Below, one piece after another: positions 48,886 through 59,471 of a stretch of 64,000 bases of DNA (position 1 is the stretch's first letter; each line of letters begins with the position of its first letter). Origin of the DNA: an uncultured Gammaproteobacteria bacterium (GTDB lineage: Bacteria; Patescibacteriota; Patescibacteriia; UBA1558; GWA2-36-10). The notes under the pieces were generated by a model that was not told the origin of the DNA, did not search any database, and saw only the letters and a list, made by a program, of their open reading frames with translations. The stretch is from NCBI GenBank assembly GCA_964540095.1, contig CAZILH010000001.1, positions 2,552 through 66,551 on the forward strand, read 5' to 3'. The position numbers were made by a program, and so were the translations under genes.

Positions 48886-51117
48886 ATGTCTAGAAAAAAC
48901 AAACGAAAGCAGGAGGAAAAATTGGGTCAAGATTTGGCCGTGGGCTTTAGTATGTCGCCAGACACCAAGGGTGCCATAATTACCATTGTGGTCTTTTTGG
49001 TAGCCTTTTTGTCCATCCTGTCACTTTTTAATTTGGCCGGGCCATTTGGTCGGGGCCTAAACTATGGTTTGGGCTTCTTATTTGGCTGGGCTGATTGGCT
49101 GTTTATTATTATCCTATTGTTGGTTGGCTATTTTCTTTTGCGCAGCCAAAGTCATCGCTTGAAATTTGTGACTTACCTGGGTTTATTTTTATTGATATTG
49201 GCCATCACTGGTCTGCTTAATTTTTTGGTGCAAGATTATACTTTTTCTGAAATTAGCAAAACCGGCATTGGCGGTGGTTCTTTGGGCTTTGGCGCTGGTT
49301 ATCTTTTTTCTACTTTTTTAGGTTTTTGGGGCTCATTGGGAGTTTTGATAGCCATGATGATAATCGGTTTGTTTATTAGTTTCAACACCTCGTTCAAGGA
49401 TATTAGCGCGCGAGCCAGATCCTTCGGTTTGTTGAAAGAAAAAATAATTCCCCCCACCCCCCAAGAAGAGGAAGATGAGGAAGAATTTGTTCCTGAGGAA
49501 ATATTAAACACAGAAAAAGAAGCACCCCTTGAACCAGAAGAAATAATCGAGACCGACAAGAGTACTGAAATGGGCACGGAAGCAAGCGAACCTAGTCGTA
49601 GGCCCAGGAAAAAAATTGTTATACCAATGGATTTGCTGACCAGGTCAAATACCAAGCCAGATTCTGGAGATATCGATGCTAACACGCAAAAAATAAAAAA
49701 AACATTTGAAAATTTTGGTATTGAGGTTACTATGGGCGAAGTCAATGTTGGCCCAACTGTCACTCAATATACTTTACGCCCAGCTGAGGGTGTGCGCTTG
49801 GCTCAAGTTTTGACTTTGCAAAATGATTTGGCTCTGGCATTGGCCGCGCATCCTATCAGAATGGAAGCTCCTATCCCTGGAAAATCTTTGGTGGGCATAG
49901 AGGTGCCAAACCAGAGTATTTCTATAGTTAAGGTTAGAGATGTTTTGGAGAGTCCGGCCTATACTAGGCGCAAGAGCAACTTAAGTATTGTTTTGGGCAA
50001 AGATGTTTCTGGTACAGCTGTAATGGCTAACCTAGCTAGTATGCCCCATCTTTTGATAGCTGGTTCCACTGGCTCGGGAAAATCTATTTGCATCAACAGT
50101 ATTATTTTGAGTTTGATGTATCAAAACTCGCCAGATGATTTACGTTTTATTTTAATTGACCCCAAGCGAGTAGAGCTTTCAATTTACAATGACATTATTT
50201 ATTTAGAGTCGCCAGTTATTACCGACACCGATAAAATTATCAATGCTTTGCGTTTTGTGGTCAATGAAATGCATGAGCGTTATAAATTATTACAGGCGGC
50301 CAACAAAAAAAATATTGACTCCTACAACAAAGCAGTGATTGTCAATCGTTTGCCATATTACGTGGTAATAGTCGATGAATTTGCTGCCCTGATGTCATTG
50401 GCGTCCAAAGAAGTAGAGGCAGCCGTAGTAAGTTTAGCTCAATTAGGTCGAGCCGCTGGCATTCACTTGATTTTGGCTACCCAGCGCCCTTCGGTTGATG
50501 TTATCACCGGTTTAATCAAGGCCAATATTACCTCACGCATTGCTTTTGCAGTGGCTTCGGCCATGGATTCACGGACTATTTTGGATTCATCGGGCGCTGA
50601 TAAACTACTTGGCAAGGGAGACATGTTGTTTATGACTTCAGATTCATCAAAATTAAAACGCATCCAGGGCGCCTATGTTACTGATGAGGAGATTTCTGAC
50701 GTAGTGGCTTTCTTGAAAGAGCAAGGTGAGCCACAATACAACCCCAAAGTCACCGAGCACCAGGGCGGAGCAACAATCGTTGGTGGGGGGTATAATAATC
50801 AAGAAGACACACTTTCTCAAGAAGCTAAGGAAATAGTAATCAGGGCTGGTAAGGCCTCAGCCACGCTATTACAGCGACGCTTGAGAGTTGGTTATGCGCG
50901 AGCTGCTAGGTTGCTGGATATTTTGGAAGAAATGGGAGTAGTGGGTCCAGCGGATGGCTCCAAGGCCAGAGATGTATTAATCAAGCAGGATGATTTGGAA
51001 GAAAATTTTTCATCGGCCCTAGATGAAGAAGTGGTGGCCGATGACGAAACAGGCGAAGACGAAAAAGAAGATGGCGGAGAAGATTATCTGGCCAGCCAAG
51101 ATCATAAAAATTATTAG
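48886..51117 (+). CDS. ftsK: DNA translocase FtsK/SpoIIIE
   Basis: N-terminal TM helices, acidic linker, motor domain Walker A GSTGSGKS, C-terminal gamma winged-helix (LLQRRLRVGYARAARLLDILEEMGVV). Confidence 0.9.
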   Translation: MSRKNKRKQEEKLGQDLAVGFSMSPDTKGAIITIVVFLVAFLSILSLFNLAGPFGRGLNYGLGFLFGWADWLFIIILLLVGYFLLRSQSHRLKFVTYLGLFLLILAITGLLNFLVQDYTFSEISKTGIGGGSLGFGAGYLFSTFLGFWGSLGVLIAMMIIGLFISFNTSFKDISARARSFGLLKEKIIPPTPQEEEDEEEFVPEEILNTEKEAPLEPEEIIETDKSTEMGTEASEPSRRPRKKIVIPMDLLTRSNTKPDSGDIDANTQKIKKTFENFGIEVTMGEVNVGPTVTQYTLRPAEGVRLAQVLTLQNDLALALAAHPIRMEAPIPGKSLVGIEVPNQSISIVKVRDVLESPAYTRRKSNLSIVLGKDVSGTAVMANLASMPHLLIAGSTGSGKSICINSIILSLMYQNSPDDLRFILIDPKRVELSIYNDIIYLESPVITDTDKIINALRFVVNEMHERYKLLQAANKKNIDSYNKAVIVNRLPYYVVIVDEFAALMSLASKEVEAAVVSLAQLGRAAGIHLILATQRPSVDVITGLIKANITSRIAFAVASAMDSRTILDSSGADKLLGKGDMLFMTSDSSKLKRIQGAYVTDEEISDVVAFLKEQGEPQYNPKVTEHQGGATIVGGGYNNQEDTLSQEAKEIVIRAGKASATLLQRRLRVGYARAARLLDILEEMGVVGPADGSKARDVLIKQDDLEENFSSALDEEVVADDETGEDEKEDGGEDYLASQDHKNY

Positions 51118-51120
51118 TCC

Positions 51121-51798
51121 ATGTCAAATTTTGAACGCAAAGAACTTCGGCGCACTCACACCATGGCTGACAAGCTAAAAAATTTGCGGCTAAACAAAGA
51201 AATAACCGTAGAAGTTTTGGCTAAAAAAATAAATATTCCAGCTAAATATATTGTATGCTTGGAAGATGGTAAGCACGATAATTTACCCGGCGATATTTAT
51301 GTGCGCGCTTGGCTAAAAAAAATAGCTAGTTTTTATGAAATTGACGCCAATGGTTTGCTGGTTGATTATCATCTAGAAAAAAACATAAATCACAAGATCA
51401 ACAAAGACCTAAAAACAGAAAACAAGAAGGCAATCAAAAGCAGTCGATTTTTGCGACCAAGAACCTTGCGTTGGTTAGTGGTTGGAGGAGTAGTTTTGGC
51501 TCTGTTGGTCTACTTGGTCTTCGAAATAGTTAATATCATTTTCCCACCATATTTGAATATCACTCAGCCCAGTAATAATTTCAAAACCAAAGAGGCCAGC
51601 GTAGAAATAATCGGCCAGACCAAAAGCGAGGCCCAAGTCATGATCAATGGAGAGTTGATAGCCCTAGATCAGGAGGGAAAATTCAAAAAAGCGGTCAATT
51701 TGACAATCGGCTTGAATAATTTACAGATTAGTGCTAAAAAGAAGCATAGTCGAACTAGATATTTGGAATTATTAATTTTAAGAGAATCATTAGAATAA
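51121..51798 (+). CDS. RodZ-like HTH (XRE-type) membrane protein
   Basis: N-terminal HTH, central TM helix, C-terminal domain; architecture of RodZ. Confidence 0.55.
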   Translation: MSNFERKELRRTHTMADKLKNLRLNKEITVEVLAKKINIPAKYIVCLEDGKHDNLPGDIYVRAWLKKIASFYEIDANGLLVDYHLEKNINHKINKDLKTENKKAIKSSRFLRPRTLRWLVVGGVVLALLVYLVFEIVNIIFPPYLNITQPSNNFKTKEASVEIIGQTKSEAQVMINGELIALDQEGKFKKAVNLTIGLNNLQISAKKKHSRTRYLELLILRESLE

Positions 51799-51841
51799 TT
51801 AATAGCAAGCTTTCGCAGGCAGGTTTGCAGAAAGGAGCTAT

Positions 51842-52873
51842 TTGTATATGGCACAAGAGAAAGAGAAAAGAGTGAAGAATAACTTTGATCAAGCCACCAA
51901 GACGGCTATCGATCAGATACGCGAGCGTTTTGGTGAGGGCGCGATCATGAGCTTGGGAGATGCCAAGGCCATGAATGTTGACACCATTAGCACGGGCTGT
52001 TTGTCTTTGGATTTAGCTTTGGGTGTAGGGGGCGTGCCAAAGGGCAGGATTATTGAAATATATGGTCCAGAGGCCTCAGGCAAAACCACCCTGGCTCAGC
52101 ACATTGTATCAGAAGCCCAAAAAGCTGGCATAGTAGCCGCCTTTATTGATGCCGAACACGCTTTAGACCCGGATTACGCCAAACGCATTGGGGTAAATGT
52201 CAATGAATTGTTGATTTCCCAGCCAGACACTGGTGAACAAGCTTTGGAGATAGTAGAGGCCTTGGTCAGGTCTGGAGGAGTTGGGGTCATTGTGGTTGAC
52301 TCAGTAGCCGCTCTAGTGCCCAAGGCGGAAATAGAGGGTGAAATGGGTGCTCAGCACATGGGTTTGCAAGCTAGATTGATGAGTCAGGCCTTACGCAAAC
52401 TAGCCGGCATAGTCAGTAAGAGCAATACTTTGGTAATTTTTATCAACCAGATTAGGATGAAAATTGGAGTGTTTTTTGGCAATCCCGAAACCACCACTGG
52501 TGGTAATGCTTTAAAATTTTATTCTTCGGTCAGGATAGAAGTCAGGCGCTCAGCTCAAATCAAGCAAGGCGAAAAGATTATTGGCAATCAAGTCAAGGCC
52601 AAGGTCGTAAAAAATAAAGTAGCCGCTCCATTCAAGGCCTGTACTTTTGACATCATGTACAATGAGGGCATTTCTGTGGCTGGTGATGTTTTGGATATGG
52701 GTTTGGAATATCATATTATCAATAAGAGTGGCAATTCTTATTCTTATGGAGAAACCAAACTGGGAGTTGGCCGTGAAAATGCCAAGAATTATTTGAAAGA
52801 AAATCCTGATTTAATAGCCAGTATAAAAAAAGAAGTTTGGAAGGTGCATAAGTCAGCGGAAATTGAAAATTAG
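51842..52873 (+). CDS. recA: recombinase RecA
   Basis: Walker [11 protein letters not shown]1/L2 loops; alternative start MAQEKEK at 51848; terminator ccgccccgccc-ttctcgaa-gggcggggcgg follows. Confidence 0.95.
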   Translation: MYMAQEKEKRVKNNFDQATKTAIDQIRERFGEGAIMSLGDAKAMNVDTISTGCLSLDLALGVGGVPKGRIIEIYGPEASGKTTLAQHIVSEAQKAGIVAAFIDAEHALDPDYAKRIGVNVNELLISQPDTGEQALEIVEALVRSGGVGVIVVDSVAALVPKAEIEGEMGAQHMGLQARLMSQALRKLAGIVSKSNTLVIFINQIRMKIGVFFGNPETTTGGNALKFYSSVRIEVRRSAQIKQGEKIIGNQVKAKVVKNKVAAPFKACTFDIMYNEGISVAGDVLDMGLEYHIINKSGNSYSYGETKLGVGRENAKNYLKENPDLIASIKKEVWKVHKSAEIEN

Positions 52874-52959
52874 GGGTTATATTTTATAGGTTCCGCCCCG
52901 CCCTTCTCGAAGGGCGGGGCGGGTTTGTTTTATTCGCGACAAGTTAGTATAATAAGCAT

Positions 52960-54381
52960 ATGTCTGTAATGAATAAAATATTTACCAACACTATTTGGCA
53001 GATAATAATAAGGTTTTTTGATGTTATTGTTGGTATTATAAATATCGGAATAATTACTCGTGTTTTGGGTCAAACACAATTTGGTTTTTATACCACGATT
53101 TTTGTATTTTTGCAGACAGTGATGACTATCGGCGATTTTGGTTTGTATTTGACCCTGTTGAATGAAGTATCGGCTACTCAGGACAAAAAAGAAGAGAAAA
53201 AAAGAATCGATAATATTTTTGCTATTCGTCTTGTTTCGGCGTTGGTAATTTTTGCTCTAGCGCCACTATTGATAAAGATTTTTCCTTATGACCAGACAGT
53301 GAAGGTTGGGGTGATTTTTTTAGCAGGCGCATTTTTTTGGCAAAGTTTAGTTTCTACTTTGACAGCCGTGTTTGCCAAGTATTTGGATATGGCCAAAGCA
53401 ACTTTGGCTTATTTGATGGCTAGGGTGATTTATTTATTATCACTCATATACATCTATCAACACAGTGGCACTTTAAATCAAATACTTTTTTGGAACACAC
53501 TTAGCGCGGCCATTGGCTTTTTTGTTTTATTGATTTTTATAAAAAAACACCAGCGTTTGGGGATGGCTTGGGATTTTTTGTATTGGAAAAAAGTTTTTAA
53601 AATTGCTTGGCCATTATCTTTGGGCGTGGTACTCAATCTAGTGTATTTCAAGGCCGACACCTTGATTTTGTCCGCTTATCATTCAGCCGAAAAAGTCGGC
53701 CTCTATGGTGCTGCTTACAAAGTATTGGAGGTCTTAGTGACTTTTCCGCACATGTTTATGGGTTTGATTCTACCACTCTTTGTGGCTTCTTGGGTGAAAA
53801 AAGATTTGGAAAAACTAAGGATCATTCAACAGCATACCTTTGATTTTTTCTCCATTATCAATATTTGGATGATTTTGGTTGTTTGGCTGATGAGCGAAAA
53901 AATTATGCTGTTGATTACTGGTCAAGAGTTTGTCCAGTCAGCACCGATTCTAAACATTTTGGTTTTGGCTGTGGTGGCCATATTTTTTGGCACCATGTTC
54001 ACCTATCTAGTTGTGGCCATGGGTTTGCAGAAAAAAATGCTTAAGTATTATTTTTTGACCGCCATATTTGGCTTGGTCGCTTATTTTCTATTTATTCCCA
54101 AGTATGGCTATTGGGCGGCTGCCATTATTACGGTGCTGGCCGAGGCTTTTGTTTGGGTAGCTGCTTATTTTCTGGTTAAAAAAAGTGCTAATATTAGCTT
54201 AAAAACAGGAGTTTTGGGACGCGCCATATTAGCGGCTATGCTTAGTTTTATTTTATTTTGGTCATTCCGTGATTGGCCAGTAATATTTTTGGGGCTGGCT
54301 GTTTCGGCTTTTTATTTCTTTATGCTTTTTGTTTTACGGGCCATCAAAAAAGACGAGCTAAAAATTATATTAAATAAGTAA
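52960..54381 (+). CDS. MOP-superfamily oligosaccharide/lipid-II flippase (Wzx/MurJ-like)
   Basis: About 473 aa, 12-14 predicted TM helices, Wzx-like pattern; no soluble domains. Confidence 0.55.
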   Translation: MSVMNKIFTNTIWQIIIRFFDVIVGIINIGIITRVLGQTQFGFYTTIFVFLQTVMTIGDFGLYLTLLNEVSATQDKKEEKKRIDNIFAIRLVSALVIFALAPLLIKIFPYDQTVKVGVIFLAGAFFWQSLVSTLTAVFAKYLDMAKATLAYLMARVIYLLSLIYIYQHSGTLNQILFWNTLSAAIGFFVLLIFIKKHQRLGMAWDFLYWKKVFKIAWPLSLGVVLNLVYFKADTLILSAYHSAEKVGLYGAAYKVLEVLVTFPHMFMGLILPLFVASWVKKDLEKLRIIQQHTFDFFSIINIWMILVVWLMSEKIMLLITGQEFVQSAPILNILVLAVVAIFFGTMFTYLVVAMGLQKKMLKYYFLTAIFGLVAYFLFIPKYGYWAAAIITVLAEAFVWVAAYFLVKKSANISLKTGVLGRAILAAMLSFILFWSFRDWPVIFLGLAVSAFYFFMLFVLRAIKKDELKIILNK

Positions 54382-54382
54382 A

Positions 54383-55666
54383 ATGTTGAATTTATTTTTT
54401 ATTTTAATCGCTGGGTTTATCTTTGCTTATGTTGCTAAAAAAAATATTTTGTGGGGTCTGTCACTAATTATTATTTTTTTGCCAAGTTATCTCTGGCGTT
54501 TTCAGATATTGTCCTTACCCTCAACTTTTTTAGAGTTGATGATTTTAATTTTATTTTTTATTTGGCTGATTTATGCCAAGCCCTATAAAAAAGAATTTTG
54601 CTTGGCACAAAAAATAGAAAAAAAATGGTTTTATTTAGCAATGCTCTGGCTAGTAGTCAGCGTGATAGCTTGGCTGTATAATCCAACCATAAAATCTTTG
54701 GGTCTTTGGCGCGCTTATTTTTTGGAGCCGCTATTATTTTTTGTGGTGCTTATCACCAGCTTGAAAAATGAAAAAGATTATCAGACAATAATAAAATCAA
54801 CAGCCATTTTAATTTTTTGGTTGGCTATTTTTGCTATCATCCAAAATTTTACCGGCATCAATTTACCAGCGGCCTTCGATTTTCCGAAAACCAAGAGATT
54901 AACCAGTGTCTTTTTGTATCCCAATTCTTTGAGCTTGCTGACGGCCGGTATTAGCGGATTTTTGGTGGCTTATTATATTTGTGTTCAGCGAAAATGGGAA
55001 TATTTGGCCATCGGGATCTTGGGAATTTTTTTATCTTGGTGGGCAGTCAGTCAAGGGGCCTTGCTGGCCATTTTGTTTGCTCTTATTTTTTTTGGAACAG
55101 TGAAATTATATAAAAAATTAAAAAACAAAAAACAAAAATATTTATTTTTTTTAGTAATCATTTCTTTGTTGTTAATATTTTTTAGTAGTCGCTTAAGAGA
55201 CGACTTTAGCCAACAGCTTTTTCATCCAGTTCTTGATTTGCAGGCCACATCGCTAGAAATACGTAGTAGTCAGTGGCAAGAAACTTATGCCCTGCTCAAA
55301 GACAATTGGCTAAAAGGTGCTGGGCTTAATGGTTACCAAATAAAATCAGTGCCTTATCATAAGACAGCCTGGCTAGAAATATACTTATATCCGCACAATA
55401 TATTTTTAAATTTTTGGGTGGAGTTGGGATTCCTTGGCTTGCTGGCTTTTTTGTCCTTACTTTATTTTATTGCCCAAGAAATAAAAAAAATATTTTTGTC
55501 CAAGAATAAATTGGCTTGGCCACTGTTGATTTTTTGGCTTATCTGGTTGATTCATGGCCTGGTTGATGCGCCTTATTTCAAAAATGACCTAAGTTTATTG
55601 TTTTTTGTATTTTTAGCACTGACCGCACAAGCTAAAAATATAAAAACAATTTACAAAGAAGCGTAA
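54383..55666 (+). CDS. Wzy_C-domain membrane protein (O-antigen ligase / PglL-like O-oligosaccharyltransferase family)
   Basis: Multi-TM protein with the larger periplasmic loop toward the C-terminal third, as in the Wzy_C family. Confidence 0.5.
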   Translation: MLNLFFILIAGFIFAYVAKKNILWGLSLIIIFLPSYLWRFQILSLPSTFLELMILILFFIWLIYAKPYKKEFCLAQKIEKKWFYLAMLWLVVSVIAWLYNPTIKSLGLWRAYFLEPLLFFVVLITSLKNEKDYQTIIKSTAILIFWLAIFAIIQNFTGINLPAAFDFPKTKRLTSVFLYPNSLSLLTAGISGFLVAYYICVQRKWEYLAIGILGIFLSWWAVSQGALLAILFALIFFGTVKLYKKLKNKKQKYLFFLVIISLLLIFFSSRLRDDFSQQLFHPVLDLQATSLEIRSSQWQETYALLKDNWLKGAGLNGYQIKSVPYHKTAWLEIYLYPHNIFLNFWVELGFLGLLAFLSLLYFIAQEIKKIFLSKNKLAWPLLIFWLIWLIHGLVDAPYFKNDLSLLFFVFLALTAQAKNIKTIYKEA

Positions 55667-55684
55667 TTTTAGTATAATATACAT

Positions 55685-56551
55685 ATGCAAAAGATTAGGA
55701 AGGCAGTAATTCCGGTGGCGGGATTTGGCACTAGATTTTTACCAGCCACCAAAGCCCAGCCCAAGGAAATGTTGACTGTGGTTGATAAACCAATCATCCA
55801 ATACATTGTGGAAGAGGCCGTGCAGTCCGGTATTGAAGAAATAATTTTTGTTACTTCAGCTAATAAGCGCGCCATTGAAGATCATTTTGATCGCAATTTT
55901 GAACTAGAATACCGCCTTCGTCAGAAGGGGAAAAAAACAGAATTGGCCGAGATGCTAAAAATTTCGGACATGGCCAAATTTATTTATGTCCGACAAAAAA
56001 CACCAAAGGGCTTGGGACACGCTGTATTGACTGCTCGAGAGCTGATTGGTGACGAGCCATTTGTGGTAATTGCTGGCGATGACATTATTGATTCCAAGGT
56101 GCCAGCCATAAAACAATTAATGCGGGTTTATGAAAAATACGAAGACATAGTTTTGGGTGTCACCAAAGTCAACAAAAAAGAAACCCACAAATACGGCATT
56201 ATTGATCCCCTAAAAATTGATGAGCACACAGCGGAAATAAAAAAGTTAATTGAAAAACCTGCCCCCAGCAAAGCGCCTTCCAACTTGGCTGTCACTGGCC
56301 GCTATATATTGACCCCAGAGATATTTGATTTCTTGGCCAAGCAAAAAGCCGGCGCTGGCAATGAGATTCAGCTGACTGATGCTATTGCCCGCTATATCAA
56401 AGAGCGAGCTGGCTACGCCTGTCTTTATGAGGGAGATTATTATGACTGTGGCAACAAGCTGGAGTTCATGAAGGCCATTATAAATTTTGGTCTAAAAAGA
56501 TCGGCCTTCAAGAAAGAATTAAAAAAATATTTACGTCAAATAGTAAATTAA
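55685..56551 (+). CDS. galU: UTP--glucose-1-phosphate uridylyltransferase
   Basis: KAVIPVAGFGTRFLPATKAQPKEML N-terminal GalU signature. Confidence 0.85.
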   Translation: MQKIRKAVIPVAGFGTRFLPATKAQPKEMLTVVDKPIIQYIVEEAVQSGIEEIIFVTSANKRAIEDHFDRNFELEYRLRQKGKKTELAEMLKISDMAKFIYVRQKTPKGLGHAVLTARELIGDEPFVVIAGDDIIDSKVPAIKQLMRVYEKYEDIVLGVTKVNKKETHKYGIIDPLKIDEHTAEIKKLIEKPAPSKAPSNLAVTGRYILTPEIFDFLAKQKAGAGNEIQLTDAIARYIKERAGYACLYEGDYYDCGNKLEFMKAIINFGLKRSAFKKELKKYLRQIVN

Positions 56552-56552
56552 T

Positions 56553-57917
56553 ATGCGTGGCTACAAAATAATTACATTATTATTAATCGGAGTGTTTGTC
56601 ATCACCTCTGGTTTTGGTTGTAAGGGCTTGGGTTGTTCTACAGATGTTGCTAGTCAACCCGTAGCTTTGACCTACTGGGGAGTGTGGGATAGCCCCACGC
56701 AAGTAGCTGGTTTGATACAGGATTATCAGGCTAGCCACCCTACTGTGAAAATCATCTACAAACAACTTCGCTATGAAGAATACGAAAGAAAATTATTAGA
56801 GGCCTGGGCTGATGATCGGGGGCCAGATATTTTTGCCATTCCCGCTAGCTGGCTCAATAAATACCAAAATCGCATTGTGCCCATGCCTAGTAAAGTCCAA
56901 ATTCCAGTGCAAGAAATAAAAGGCACTATAAAAAAAGAAACGGTTGTCACCTTGCAGACAGTCACAGGACTTCGTGCTGATGAAGTCAAAAATCAGTATG
57001 TTGATGTGGTATACAACAATGTTGTCAAAAATAATCAAATCTATGCTCTGCCATATTCGCTAGACACACTGGTCACTTTTTATAACGAAGATTTGCTTGA
57101 TCAGGCTAGCTTGCCTGAAAAAATTATCACCTTCAATGATCTGGTGGACCAGACCAGTCAGCTGACCAAAGTGACTACTGATAATAAAATAGTCCAATCA
57201 GGCGTGGCTTTGGGTACTGCCGACAATATACCAAGATTTTTTGATATAGTTTCTAGTTTGATGCTCCAGACCGAGGTTAATCTGAAGGGCGCAAAGTTTA
57301 ATCCAGTTGGCGGAGAGCAATCAGCCGCCAGATTTCGAGAAGCCATAAATTTTTATATCAGCTTTGCTCGACCGGGCTTGGCCTCATATTCTTGGGATAA
57401 GAGTTTGCCCAATGCTTTTGATATGTTTAGCTCTGGCAAACTAGCTTACTTCTTTGGCTATAGCTATCACGCTGACGCTTTGCGTAAAGCGGGCGTGCCA
57501 TTTGAATGGGGTATTACCAATTTTCCACAAACTGAAGGATCACAAGGTACAAAATATTATGCTGATTACTGGGTCAATGTTGTGGCCAAAAAGTCCAAGA
57601 ACCAAGGCGTGGCTTGGAACTTTGTTCAAAACACCGCTAGCGCCCAAAATGTCAAAAAATATTTGGATCAAAACAAAAAACCAACTGCCTTGCGTTCATT
57701 GATCACTGAGCAAAAGAATAACCCCGACATTGCTCCTTTTGCCAATCAGGTTTTGACAGCCGACAACTGGTATACTGGTTATGATTATCCCAAAGCTGAA
57801 AGTTACATGGCCGAGTTTATCAATGGTCTAGCTGACAACAAAATTGATATCAACAACCAGTCAGATTTGAAATTATTTATTGATAGAATAAATCAAACCT
57901 ACCAACCCAGCCAATGA
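56553..57917 (+). CDS. extracellular solute-binding lipoprotein (ABC transporter SBP family 1, sugar-type)
   Basis: Lipoprotein signal (ITSGFGC), SBP_bac_1-like length and pattern; no adjacent permease genes. Confidence 0.7.
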   Translation: MRGYKIITLLLIGVFVITSGFGCKGLGCSTDVASQPVALTYWGVWDSPTQVAGLIQDYQASHPTVKIIYKQLRYEEYERKLLEAWADDRGPDIFAIPASWLNKYQNRIVPMPSKVQIPVQEIKGTIKKETVVTLQTVTGLRADEVKNQYVDVVYNNVVKNNQIYALPYSLDTLVTFYNEDLLDQASLPEKIITFNDLVDQTSQLTKVTTDNKIVQSGVALGTADNIPRFFDIVSSLMLQTEVNLKGAKFNPVGGEQSAARFREAINFYISFARPGLASYSWDKSLPNAFDMFSSGKLAYFFGYSYHADALRKAGVPFEWGITNFPQTEGSQGTKYYADYWVNVVAKKSKNQGVAWNFVQNTASAQNVKKYLDQNKKPTALRSLITEQKNNPDIAPFANQVLTADNWYTGYDYPKAESYMAEFINGLADNKIDINNQSDLKLFIDRINQTYQPSQ

Positions 57918-58600
57918 AATATTTTAAAATAATAATTTTAGTAGCCCTTGCTTTGCCGCTAATAGCTTTTGCGCAAACAACACCGCCAGGGTTTTTGGAC
58001 TCCTTGAGTTGTGTCACTGATGGGGATTGCCAATTAGCTGATGTGGCCACGGGTTTTATTTTGTTGACCAAGTTATTGCTTGGCGCTATGGGAGCGGTGG
58101 CCTTGTTGTACTTTGTGATTGGTGGCTTCCAGTGGATGACCTCACAGGGCAACCAAGAAAAAGTGCGTAAAGGCCAGCAGACCATGACCAACACCGTCAT
58201 TGCTTTGTTCATTGCTTTTACTAGTTATTTACTATTGAACTTTTTTGTCAATAATATTTTGGGAGTAAAGAGTGATTATATGATCGGCGATGCCCTAGCT
58301 CAGTGCGATGGCAAGTCAGATGGCACGGCCTGCAACGTGGTTGCTGGTAGCACCTCCATCAATCCCTACGAATGTTTTTCTGAAGAGTGTGTCACTAAAT
58401 GTAAGGTAAAAGCCAATATGACTAGTTTGAATTGGCAGTGTTATACTGTACCGAATCCAGAATTAATATCAACAGACACTACTTATTATGAGAGAAACCT
58501 GTGTCCTGGTGATGAACACACTGTTTGCACTTTATTAAATGCCAGTGGAGAACCAGCTGATCCAGCTTATCAAGCATTCTTGCATCGTTTTGTTCCTTGA
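57914..58600 (+). CDS. pilin-like 2-TM protein (VirB2/TrbC-like topology) fused to C-terminal Cys-rich extracellular domain
   Basis: Sec signal (AFA-QTT), conserved paralog core LLLGAMGAVALLYFVIGGFQWMTSQGNQEKVRKGQQT...IALFIAFTSYLLLNF, then about 100-aa domain with at least 10 Cys. Confidence 0.5.
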   Translation: MKYFKIIILVALALPLIAFAQTTPPGFLDSLSCVTDGDCQLADVATGFILLTKLLLGAMGAVALLYFVIGGFQWMTSQGNQEKVRKGQQTMTNTVIALFIAFTSYLLLNFFVNNILGVKSDYMIGDALAQCDGKSDGTACNVVAGSTSINPYECFSEECVTKCKVKANMTSLNWQCYTVPNPELISTDTTYYERNLCPGDEHTVCTLLNASGEPADPAYQAFLHRFVP

Positions 58601-58616
58601 TTATAAAATTATATAT

Positions 58617-58943
58617 ATGAAAAAAATAATAAATTTGTTTTGGCTGGCCACTCTTCCTATTTCTGCTTGGGCAGCCGATGGAAAAATTGAGCTAGAAAAT
58701 CCGGTGTCAGCAAACAGTGTGCCGGAGCTCATCAACACGGTAATCAAAGCTATCTTAGGTATAGTTGGCGCCGTAGCTTTGTTGTATCTGGTTTTGGGTG
58801 GCTTTACTTGGCTCACTTCCCAAGGCAATCCGGAAAAAGTAAAGAAAGGTAGAGAAACACTGGTCTGGGCAATATTTGGCCTAGCTATGATTTTCTTTAG
58901 CTACGTGATATTAAATTATGTCTTTACCGAATTTTTGTCTTGA
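58617..58943 (+). CDS. pilin-like 2-TM small secreted protein (VirB2/TrbC-like), paralog 2
   Basis: Sec signal (AWA-ADG); core AILGIVGAVALLYLVLGGFTWLTSQGNPEKVKKGRETLVWAIFGLAMIFFSYVILNYV. Confidence 0.5.
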   Translation: MKKIINLFWLATLPISAWAADGKIELENPVSANSVPELINTVIKAILGIVGAVALLYLVLGGFTWLTSQGNPEKVKKGRETLVWAIFGLAMIFFSYVILNYVFTEFLS

Positions 58944-59032
58944 TGTTTTGTGGTTTTTGGACTATAATATTATTAGTAAAAAGTACCTTGTTATTAATTA
59001 TTAAAATCTTAAAAATGAGAGGAGGTGAAGAA

Positions 59033-59398
59033 ATGAAAAAATTATTAGTTGCTTTAATGCTTTTAGCGCCAAGTATGGCCATGGCTCAAGCTCCTGACAT
59101 AAGTGAAGATCCATTTGGTCGCAATACCCTAGGAGAGCTTTCAACAGCGGGTGAAAGCAAAGACATATTTGTGGTAATTTCAAATATTACGAATATCATC
59201 TTGACTTTCTTAGGCGCGATTGCCGTCTTGTTATTCCTTTATGGTGGATTCAAATGGTTCACTTCTCAGGGTAACAGTGAGCAAATTGAAGCTGCCAAGA
59301 AAATCATGGGCGCCGCCGTTGTTGGCTTGGCCATTATTTTCGCTTCATACGCCGCCGCTCAATACATCTTTGATCAATTATCAAATCAACTTTTATAG
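59033..59398 (+). CDS. pilin-like 2-TM small secreted protein (VirB2/TrbC-like), paralog 3
   Basis: GAGGAGGTG RBS; Sec signal (AMA-QAP); core LTFLGAIAVLLFLYGGFKWFTSQGNSEQIEAAKKIMGAAVVGLAIIFASYAAAQYI. Confidence 0.5.
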   Translation: MKKLLVALMLLAPSMAMAQAPDISEDPFGRNTLGELSTAGESKDIFVVISNITNIILTFLGAIAVLLFLYGGFKWFTSQGNSEQIEAAKKIMGAAVVGLAIIFASYAAAQYIFDQLSNQLL

Positions 59399-59471
59399 CG
59401 GTATATTTGAACTCAGACATATAGTCTAGACTATAGTAGGCAAACTTTTTGCCTACTAAGGTGTGAATTAT